From Thermoproteota archaeon (lineage in GTDB: Archaea > Korarchaeota > Korarchaeia > Korarchaeales > JAOZGB01), in assembly GCA_037917685.1 (NCBI GenBank), contig JAVCBU010000003.1, positions 96,001 through 160,000 on the forward strand: a stretch of DNA of 64,000 nucleotides, written 5' to 3'. Below the pieces are notes generated by a model, which did not search any database, was not told the origin of the DNA, and was given only the letters and a program-made list of their open reading frames with translations. Below are positions 56,957-64,000 of this stretch, one piece after another. A program made the translations under genes and the position numbers. Positions within the stretch are counted from its first letter, which is position 1. Every line of letters begins with the position of its first letter.

Positions 56957-58109
56957 CTATTTTACCCATTTTTCCCTTAAATTCAACTGTGCCTAATATC
57001 TTGAAGCCAGCGTTGCCTAGGACCTCTGCCATTTTTCTTGCAGCTATCCCTCCCCATCCATATGATGAGATTATGAGAACAGGCTTTTCTGCGGATGCCT
57101 TCCATCCTAAAAGATCGATAACATAGCCCATTCTAGGGAATACATGGTTCTCATATGTTGCGGCACCAACTATTATCCCACTCGAGTCCAGGGCCTCCCC
57201 GATAATATCAGATATCCTGGCCTGCTCCCTATCCGTAAACCTGAAGACTACGGGTTTTAAACCCCTTACCTTCAGCATTTCTATAGCCTTCTCTACGGCC
57301 TCTTCCACACTTCCATACATGCTACTATAAACTATGAGGATCTTACCGCTCTCCGGCTCGGCCTTCGCCCAGCTAATATACTTTTCCACGATGAGGGCTG
57401 GGTTCTTCCTCCAGATAAGCCCATGTAGCGGTGCTATAATGTCTATCTTAAGTCCAAGTTGGGAAGTTATCTTCTCAACGCTATCCGTGACCTTCTGCCT
57501 ATAATGGCCGATAACATTTGCGAAGTACTTCTTTGCGAACCACAAGTAGCCTTCAGGCATACTATCATCATAGATTCCATCTGGGATGGAGTAGGAGCCA
57601 AAAGCATCCCCTGAAAATAGAAGCTTCCAGTTTTCAATGTAAGTCATTATTGTCTCCGGCCAGTGAAGCCACGGTGTATAAACGAATTTAAGCTTTAAGC
57701 CATCCATGTCAAGAGTTTCCCCATCCTTTACAGCCCTAAAACGTGGATTAACACCGTAGAAAGACGATAGCATCCCCTTTACAAGAGGGTGTCCTACTAC
57801 CTCGGCTTTGTACCCATTCTCCTTAAGAATCTTCCCTAAACAGCCCGAGTGATCCGGTTCAGTGTGGTGGACAACAATGTAATCTATATTAGAAGGATCT
57901 ACTACCCCCCTTAATTTGCTGATAAATACATCTTCGCAGCCCCTCTTCCATGTGTCAAATAGTATGGTGTGGTTTTTATACCTCAGCAGGTATGAGTTAT
58001 ACGTAATCCCCTCTGGAATCTCCCATAGGGCTTCAAAGAACCTTGTTTCATCGTCGTCAAGCCTTAGCAGATATAATCCATCAATAACTTCTTCTACAAG
58101 GGTATTCAA
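56907..58109 (-). CDS. fprA: Flavodiiron protein (FprA, A-type flavoprotein)
   Basis: TYNSY, HTEPDHSG, LHWPET, SGDAFG, PLHG, SMYGS and SYGWGG motifs. Confidence 0.95.
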   Translation of the reverse strand: MNTLVEEVIDGLYLLRLDDDETRFFEALWEIPEGITYNSYLLRYKNHTILFDTWKRGCEDVFISKLRGVVDPSNIDYIVVHHTEPDHSGCLGKILKENGYKAEVVGHPLVKGMLSSFYGVNPRFRAVKDGETLDMDGLKLKFVYTPWLHWPETIMTYIENWKLLFSGDAFGSYSIPDGIYDDSMPEGYLWFAKKYFANVIGHYRQKVTDSVEKITSQLGLKIDIIAPLHGLIWRKNPALIVEKYISWAKAEPESGKILIVYSSMYGSVEEAVEKAIEMLKVRGLKPVVFRFTDREQARISDIIGEALDSSGIIVGAATYENHVFPRMGYVIDLLGWKASAEKPVLIISSYGWGGIAARKMAEVLGNAGFKILGTVEFKGKMGKIDGDKLGSSIEKFIEAL

Positions 58110-58162
58110 CTATAGAACCCCGTTTACCCATCTAACAATATAATAAAATATTTTCTGGAGGC

Positions 58163-58323
58163 CTAAGACAACTTTTCGAACATGTCCTTTCCAACTCTGC
58201 AAACAGGGCAAACCCAGTCTTCAGGAAGGTTTTCGAAGGGTGTGCCAGGTGGCACGCCTGAGTCTGGGTCGCCGAGTTCAGGGTCATATACATAACCGCA
58301 CACTTTGCAACGATCTTATCCAT
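58163..58323 (-). pseudogene. Rubredoxin with a 1-nt frameshift after codon 3
   Basis: Shifted frame reads [49 protein letters not shown]; the start reads ATG GAT AAG AT CGT, one base short. Confidence 0.85.
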
Positions 58324-58369
58324 GGTCATTCACACCGAACCTTAAGATCTACCCTGTTAGTTCATGGAT

Positions 58370-58549
58370 CTATGCTGGTGCGTAGTAGCAACGTTTAGGA
58401 GAAGTTATTTTCCCCCTCTTCTTAAGCTCTTTAATAATCTTTGAAACCTCATTTTTAGGAAGCCCGGTTAGATCAGCCACTTCTCCAGGTCTTAGGGGCT
58501 TGCCAGCCTTTTTCATCGCTTCTAATATGGCCTTTTCTTTATCCTCCAT
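58370..58549 (-). CDS. Small winged-HTH protein, 59 aa (MEDKEKAILEAMKKAGKPLRPGEVA...SPKRCYYAPA), not in the ORF track
   Basis: Clean ORF with GGTG RBS between the peroxiredoxin and rubredoxin genes; HTH pattern with an SPKRCY tail. Confidence 0.85.
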   Translation of the reverse strand: MEDKEKAILEAMKKAGKPLRPGEVADLTGLPKNEVSKIIKELKKRGKITSPKRCYYAPA

Positions 58550-58606
58550 AAAGTAACACCTACACTAATATACTCCTGAAAGTTAAAAATGTAGGGAGTG
58601 ATTAGC

Positions 58607-59254
58607 TTATAGCTTCTTATAGCAGAACCACCAGTCGTAGCATTCGTACTTCTTGACCCTCTCCTCAGCGGTTTTCTCATCTTCAGCAGGCGGTATGATC
58701 ACCTTGTCTCCAATCAGCTCGTTTTCAGGCCAGTTAGCAGGCATAGCAACGCCGTTCTTGTCGGAGATCTGAAGGGCCTTCACCATCCTCAGGATCTCGT
58801 CCATGTTTCTTCCAAGTTCCTGAGGATAGTATAGTATCGCCCTGAGGATTCCTTCAGGGTCGATTATGAATACAGCTCTGACGGTGTTGGTTCCCTTCTT
58901 TGGATGAATCATTCCAAGCATGCAAGCTATGTTTCCAGTGTCGTCTGCGATTATTGGAAACTCTATTTTGACGTTAAGTTTCTCCTTTATCCACTGCACC
59001 CATTTTATGTGGCTGAACACCTGATCTATGCTTAGACCTATGAGCTCACAGTTTAGCTCCTTGAACTTGTCATACCTTTTCTGGAATGCTACGAACTCTG
59101 TTGTGCATACTGGTGTAAAGTCTGCTGGATGGCTGAATAGTACAACCCATTTGCCTTTATAATCGTCTGGGAATTTTACTACACCTTTCGTTGTTTTCGC
59201 CTCGAAGCTTGGGAATTTCTCACCTATAAGAGGGAGCTTGATCTCTTCGGTCAT
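58607..59254 (-). CDS. Peroxiredoxin (archaeal Prx6 type)
   Basis: [18 protein letters not shown] and CYDWWFC motifs. Confidence 0.95.
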   Translation of the reverse strand: MTEEIKLPLIGEKFPSFEAKTTKGVVKFPDDYKGKWVVLFSHPADFTPVCTTEFVAFQKRYDKFKELNCELIGLSIDQVFSHIKWVQWIKEKLNVKIEFPIIADDTGNIACMLGMIHPKKGTNTVRAVFIIDPEGILRAILYYPQELGRNMDEILRMVKALQISDKNGVAMPANWPENELIGDKVIIPPAEDEKTAEERVKKYECYDWWFCYKKL

Positions 59255-59320
59255 ATATTTACACCTCCACGTACATATTGGTTCGGAAATATTATAAATT
59301 TTTCATTATAATATTCATAT

Positions 59321-59743
59321 ATGGTTCGAATTTCGGACATTGATCTTGTAAGGGTGCTCATGGAAAACGCCAGACTGTCCTACGTTAAAATAGCAGATAT
59401 TTTCGGGGTCTCAGAGGCTGCGATTAGGAAGCGTGTTAAGAAGCTTGAAGAAACGGGCGTCATAAAGAAATACACTGTTGAAGTAGACCCTAGGAAGCTT
59501 GGCTATGAGGTTAAAGCATTAATAGGAATAGACACAACCCCCGAGAGGTTTATCCACCTGGTTAACGAGCTTAAAACCATGGATAACGTTATAAGCTTGT
59601 ACACCGCTTCAGGCGACCACATGATAATCATTGAGTGCTGGTTTAAAAACCCAGAAGAACTATCCGTATTTATAAAGCTCCTTGAAGAGAGGGAAGGTGT
59701 CACCAGGGTTTGCCCGGCGATAATACTTGAGAAAATTAAGTAG
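59321..59743 (+). CDS. Lrp/AsnC family transcription regulator (LrpA-like)
   Basis: NAR.S..IA..GVSEAAIRKRVKKLE..GVI and SGDHM..VCPAIILE motifs. Confidence 0.92.
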   Translation: MVRISDIDLVRVLMENARLSYVKIADIFGVSEAAIRKRVKKLEETGVIKKYTVEVDPRKLGYEVKALIGIDTTPERFIHLVNELKTMDNVISLYTASGDHMIIIECWFKNPEELSVFIKLLEEREGVTRVCPAIILEKIK

Positions 59744-59998
59744 GAAGTATGCCAAGGATGAGAAGTGCAGATATCGAATGTAATACACTTTTGAAGTTTG
59801 TACAGTGGACTTTGTGCTAGGTTTATAGGTTTCAGTTCAGATTCTAAAATACCATGCCCAAGGGGGAGCACAGGCTTACGACTTTATCGTGATATTTAAA
59901 GGAAGATTGGCAGGTAAGACCGGTCCTATCTTACCCAAACACTGATGGACAAAGTTAAAGGTAAATAAAATAATCATTCTAGGAATCGGTGGTGTGGT

Positions 59999-60271
59999 AT
60001 GAGTAGCTCGGGAGTAAAGGTTCTGATTAACATGTGTGTAGACCCAAAGGAGCTTGATGAAATAATAGCCCGTCTAAAGGAACATAGATGGGTAAAAGAC
60101 TTGTACGAGGTTACAGGTGACTACGACATAGTAGCCCTAGTGGAGGCAGATGACATTGTAGAATTTAGGAACCTCTTAAAAAGGGAGATACTATCGATCA
60201 AAGGCGTTAAATTGACAAATAGTGTTGTAATTCTGTATACTCATAAGAGGGAAGGGGAACAGGTGGAGTAG
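59999..60271 (+). CDS. Lrp/AsnC ligand-binding domain protein
   Basis: LYEVTGDYDIV..I.GV..T.S pattern. Confidence 0.85.
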   Translation: MSSSGVKVLINMCVDPKELDEIIARLKEHRWVKDLYEVTGDYDIVALVEADDIVEFRNLLKREILSIKGVKLTNSVVILYTHKREGEQVE

Positions 60272-60279
60272 AGCTTAAA

Positions 60280-60646
60280 TTGGGAAAAAATACTAATCTT
60301 AGTCCCAAATCCGGACCTAGACCTTCTAGGACCCATATACCGGGTAGCAGAGCTGTTAAAAGGATGCGAGGTAACGATCTTCTACCCACTTATGGTTCCA
60401 GTAGTTTCTCTTTTGGACGAGGAAGAGTTTAAAGATCAGATAGAGAAGGCCGAAGAGAAGCTTTCACCATTTGTAGCCAAAGTTAAACCGCTTTTCTCAA
60501 AAGTTACGGTGAAGGTATCCCTCGTAAGAGACCAAACCGAAGCGGCTGTTGTTGAAGCTGAAAGCGGAGAGTACAGCCTCATAGTGGTATATAGGAGCCG
60601 TGAGAAAATTAGAAGTATATTTAGGCATGAAAAGTTTGTTAAATAG
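60280..60646 (+). pseudogene. Universal stress protein remnant
   Basis: WEKILILVP at about 60281 lies in a different frame from the GEYSLIVV-containing ORF 60392..60646. Confidence 0.45.
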
Positions 60647-60791
60647 TTGAAAAAACAGATAAACCTGTCCTGTTTATTTGACATCCACCGTTAAGTGAAA
60701 CTTTGCTTATCTATGCTGCTGCACTATTATCCTATTCACTTCCAAGTGTTAAGCCTTTTAACCTAGTCATGGGTGAATAGTTTGATGTTAT

Positions 60792-61343
60792 ATGTTGTGG
60801 CTAATCGTTGGAGTAATAGCTCTGCTCGTCTTGATAGCTGTCTACTACATTAATAGGATAGTGGTTCTATCTAACCGTGTAGACACTGCATGGGCTCAGA
60901 TAGATGTCCAACTGAAAAAGAGGGCTGACCTGGTTCCAAACCTGGTTGAGACTGTTAAGGGCTATATGAAACACGAGCGGAAGGTTATTGAAATGATCAC
61001 CAAGGCTAGGGAAAGAATGATGGGTGCCAGAACCTTTAAGGAGAGAATTGAGGCTGAAGGAGAGCTCACTAGGGCTCTTAAAACGTTGTTCGCGCTTGCT
61101 GAGAACTATCCTAATCTCCGAGCCAGCGAAAACTTCAAACTACTCCAGGAGCAGCTTGAAGGTATAGAGAACAAGATAGCATATGCAAGGCAGTTCTACA
61201 ATGACTCAGTTCTAGAGTTCAACAATACGATATCAACAATTCCAGGCGTATTCTTCGCAAAGCTCATTGGGAAAGATAAGCCTAGAGAGTACTTTGAGAT
61301 CCCTGAGGCTGAGAGGGCGCCGCCAAGGGTAAGCTTCGAGTGA
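60792..61343 (+). CDS. lemA: LemA family protein
   Basis: AWAQIDVQLKKRADLVPNLV, ENYPNL and ARQFYND motifs. Confidence 0.95.
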   Translation: MLWLIVGVIALLVLIAVYYINRIVVLSNRVDTAWAQIDVQLKKRADLVPNLVETVKGYMKHERKVIEMITKARERMMGARTFKERIEAEGELTRALKTLFALAENYPNLRASENFKLLQEQLEGIENKIAYARQFYNDSVLEFNNTISTIPGVFFAKLIGKDKPREYFEIPEAERAPPRVSFE

Positions 61344-61350
61344 TCCAGCC

Positions 61351-62250
61351 TTGGAGAGGAAGCATATAAGCTTCTACGACCAGATAGCCAGAAACAAGAG
61401 GAAGTCTTTCCTGCTGGCTGTTGGGGTTTTCGCGCTCCTGACATCCATGATCTACCTCATCGGACTCGCCGTTGCACCGGAATACTCCACAGCACTCCTA
61501 TTTTTCGGCTTGATCTTTTCATCAGTCCACGTTCTAACCACTTACAACTATGGTGATAAACTCATACTTTCAGCGGTAAAAGCACAGCCTGCTGACCCTA
61601 GAAGGCATGTATACCTTATAAACACCGTTGAGGGGTTAAGCATAGCAGCTGGGATACCGCCTCCTAAAGTCTACATCTTAGACTGGGACGATATTAACGC
61701 CTTCGCCACGGGCAAGGACCCTAAACATGCCAGCATAGCTGTGACAAGGGGTGCATTGGAGAAACTAGATAGGTTGGAGCTTGAGGGCGTGGTAGGACAT
61801 GAGATAGCGCATATAGCAAACTATGATATCAGATTCATGACTGTAGTAGCAGCCATGGTAGGCCTAATAGCGATTGTATCAGACATGTTTCTAAGATCTA
61901 TTAGGTACACGCCTAGGAGAAAGGACGATAAGAAAGGTAAGGGGGGCCTGATAATGCTTATAGCTCTGCTTCTGGCAGTAGTATCGCCGATAATAGCGAG
62001 AATAGTGCAGGCAGCGATCTCCAGGGAAAGAGAGTTCCTTGCGGATGCAACATCAGCTAAGCTAACTCGATACCCTGAGGGGTTAGCCTCCGCCTTGGAA
62101 AAGATAATGAGGTTCAACAAGGCTAAAAACAGGGTTAGTGAGGCTGTATCCCACTTATTCATATCAGATCCTAATAGAAGCCCGTTAGACATGCTGTTTG
62201 CAACACATCCGCCTATTGAAGAGAGAATCAAGATTCTCAGGTCAATGTAG
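61351..62250 (+). CDS. htpX: HtpX M48 membrane metalloprotease
   Basis: NAFATG, HEIAH, SREREFLAD and THPP.EERI motifs. Confidence 0.95.
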   Translation: MERKHISFYDQIARNKRKSFLLAVGVFALLTSMIYLIGLAVAPEYSTALLFFGLIFSSVHVLTTYNYGDKLILSAVKAQPADPRRHVYLINTVEGLSIAAGIPPPKVYILDWDDINAFATGKDPKHASIAVTRGALEKLDRLELEGVVGHEIAHIANYDIRFMTVVAAMVGLIAIVSDMFLRSIRYTPRRKDDKKGKGGLIMLIALLLAVVSPIIARIVQAAISREREFLADATSAKLTRYPEGLASALEKIMRFNKAKNRVSEAVSHLFISDPNRSPLDMLFATHPPIEERIKILRSM

Positions 62251-62408
62251 GCGAACCTTCAAATTCGTTAGCAGCTGATTGTAATAACACTCATATGCCA
62301 GGCGCAAGGGTAATTTTGAGTGATTGATGTATCCGCAGGCCTGTTATGTATACAATTGTCGAATATGATTTATTTTGATGATGCGTTTAACATCAGGGTA
62401 AGGTTGAA

Positions 62409-63620
62409 TTGGAAGAATCCTCCGAGGAAGACGATAGTAGCTTGCTACATAACAGAAATCTAAGAGGTCTAGTGCTATCCAACATGATTTCAGGTTTTAC
62501 GAGAAACATCCCAGGCGCCGCGTTAAACGTCTATATCTATGATATTGCCTCATCATACTCGGTTCTCGGATATCTGTCATCAATTCCCAGTCTACTTTCA
62601 ATATTCTTCTCGAGGTTCTGGAGCGTCCTAAGCGATATGTCGGGGAGGCGTAAGCCTTTCATAATGACTTCGATGATCTTCTCAGTCCTCTTTACCTTGC
62701 TCTACGCCTTCTGGGCTACAAGACCTGAGCATTTCCTCTACATAAGCATCATGGGCTCGATATTTTCGATAGGTGGTGGGGCTTTCAACGCAGCTTTAAC
62801 CTCGGTTTCCTCCAGGATAGGAGAGGCTGTAGGTAAGTATAACTTCGCCGTTGGTGCATCCTCCACAGCTGGTTCTATGATGAGTGGATGGTTTGTGGAG
62901 CACTATGGTATCTCAAAAGCTTTTAAGATAAGCCTAGCTGGTACAGCCGCTTCTGCAGTTTTATTTGCGGTCTACTACCATGAGGAGGGATCCGTAGCAA
63001 ATGTTAAGCGGGACTTGAAAACTGCACTTAAACATACATTAGCCTTCAAGCTTCCATCCATGGGAAATGCAGTGCTACTTATCTCCGTGTTACTGGCTTT
63101 GAAAGGGTCATTTTACGATTTACCTGCTTCTATGAAGCTTTACTTGCTGTCGGAAAATTCGAAAACGATATACACTATAGTTCTAAGCACCGCTGGCGTT
63201 CTTGCATTTATTACATATCCATTCTACGGCAGGCTTGTTGACAGATATGGGCCAGCGAAAACCTTGCTGGCGTCTTCAATAGCCTACTCCTTCTACCTGC
63301 CAGTCTTGGCATTGATTGACTCGTTTCCAATATTTGTATTCCTATGGACAGTGCCTATAGGCTCGCTTCAAGGATTAGCCCTTATGGCAATAAAGGCCCT
63401 TATATCCGAACCGGAAATGAGAGCGCAGACGATGTCCACGATAGACAGCATCTCCTCAATTACGGGTTCTATTGGGACGTTGTTTGTTGGAAGGCTCATG
63501 GATAGTGTAGGGCCTTCGCAGCCCCTCTTTATAGCTGCCTTTTTAAATGCTGCCACCATACCTATACTCATAAACCTTAAAGGAGAGAAATATGGCCAAA
63601 TGCCCGCGTTGTGGCGGTAG
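62409..63620 (+). CDS. MFS transporter
   Basis: LSDMSGRRKP and GRLVDRYG motifs; about 12 TM segments. Confidence 0.88.
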   Translation: MEESSEEDDSSLLHNRNLRGLVLSNMISGFTRNIPGAALNVYIYDIASSYSVLGYLSSIPSLLSIFFSRFWSVLSDMSGRRKPFIMTSMIFSVLFTLLYAFWATRPEHFLYISIMGSIFSIGGGAFNAALTSVSSRIGEAVGKYNFAVGASSTAGSMMSGWFVEHYGISKAFKISLAGTAASAVLFAVYYHEEGSVANVKRDLKTALKHTLAFKLPSMGNAVLLISVLLALKGSFYDLPASMKLYLLSENSKTIYTIVLSTAGVLAFITYPFYGRLVDRYGPAKTLLASSIAYSFYLPVLALIDSFPIFVFLWTVPIGSLQGLALMAIKALISEPEMRAQTMSTIDSISSITGSIGTLFVGRLMDSVGPSQPLFIAAFLNAATIPILINLKGEKYGQMPALWR

Positions 63621-64000
63621 AGTAGAGCTTTTCGCCGGTGGATACTTCGGCCTGATCTATCAGTGCAGGCAATGTGGTTACAGAGGTGTAGTGGTAGTCG
63701 AGGTTGAGCCGTCCGACTTCCAACAGTTCTGGGGGGTAGGCGCTGATGAAGCATGGAGTGAAATAGCTGCTAAGCTCCCGGAAGACTCAGGTATCAGGAT
63801 AAACGGCCGGTTGGAAGTGTATGATAGGGGTAAAGCAGCCAGAGTCTTAGATAAAATAGTGAAAGAGGGTTTATCCAGCTTGCCGCCGGAACTCTCCCGA
63901 AAACTCCGTAAAAACAGCCTTGTAGACCGGCTTTTCGGGAATCCCCTCAGAAACATTTTTATCAAAATGCTTATTGAATCAGCTTGGCGTGTAAAGATTG
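63592..64000 (+). CDS. Zn-ribbon protein, runs off the window end (MAKCPRCGG..YQCRQCGYRG..)
   Basis: AAGGAG RBS, two CxxC pairs, open frame to the end of the window. Confidence 0.75.
   Translation, partial: MAKCPRCGGRVELFAGGYFGLIYQCRQCGYRGVVVVEVEPSDFQQFWGVGADEAWSEIAAKLPEDSGIRINGRLEVYDRGKAARVLDKIVKEGLSSLPPELSRKLRKNSLVDRLFGNPLRNIFIKMLIESAWRVKI

Noticed and set aside
58132-58329. 65-aa [13 protein letters not shown]... from the ORF track
   Set aside because: It is the wrong-frame read-through of the frameshifted rubredoxin
59743-59999. Hairpin GGTAAGA..TCTTACC and 16S-like words (GGGGGAGCAC) in the spacer between the Lrp genes
   Set aside because: No C/D or H/ACA architecture; matches are short and in sense orientation
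1-64000. tRNA genes and inteins
   Set aside because: No intergenic cloverleaf or T-loop signature was found by eye; PolB and ligase lengths leave no room for inteins. A tRNAscan-SE run would settle the tRNA question

Overview
64-kb chromosomal segment of an archaeon, probably a thermophilic or hyperthermophilic anaerobic heterotroph. The evidence is archaeal-type TATA promoters and GGAGG/GGTGA ribosome-binding sites, a PolB3-like polymerase, ATP-dependent ligase, EndoQ, a SAMP-like protein, IPCT/DIPPS, a stand-alone 5S rRNA and box C/D sRNAs. The lineage cannot be fixed from the sequence alone. Housekeeping and metabolic content includes DNA repair and replication genes, lipoate ligase, radical SAM proteins, thiolase, acyl-CoA dehydrogenase, a ferredoxin-fused ETF divergent from a group 3b [NiFe]-hydrogenase operon, an oxidative-stress cluster, and LemA/HtpX. 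A decayed plasticity zone at about 25.4-29 kb holds tandem repeats, an ABC fragment and a TnpB relic. Features the ORF track misses are four box C/D guide RNAs (two with readable 16S targets, three sharing shuffled guides), two 59-aa ORFs, a frameshifted rubredoxin, two perfect palindromic operators, and gene remnants showing that a Fe-S/sulfur-relay, sRNA, thiolase and regulator block exists in two diverged, reciprocally decayed copies. The best candidates for undescribed systems are: (i) an operon pairing a catalytically divergent IscS and IscU with a TusA-like carrier and a canonical SufS; (ii) a DUF4430/ECF-S (putative B12) uptake operon with its own HTH regulator and operator; (iii) a membrane-tethered HTH regulator with a palindrome upstream of a DUF4097 envelope operon; (iv) EndoQ linked to a kinase-fold/nucleoside-deoxyribosyltransferase-fold fusion; (v) a radical SAM protein fused to a PolX-type HhH domain. 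No tRNA genes or CRISPR arrays were seen. All family assignments come from motif recognition by eye, not from database searches.
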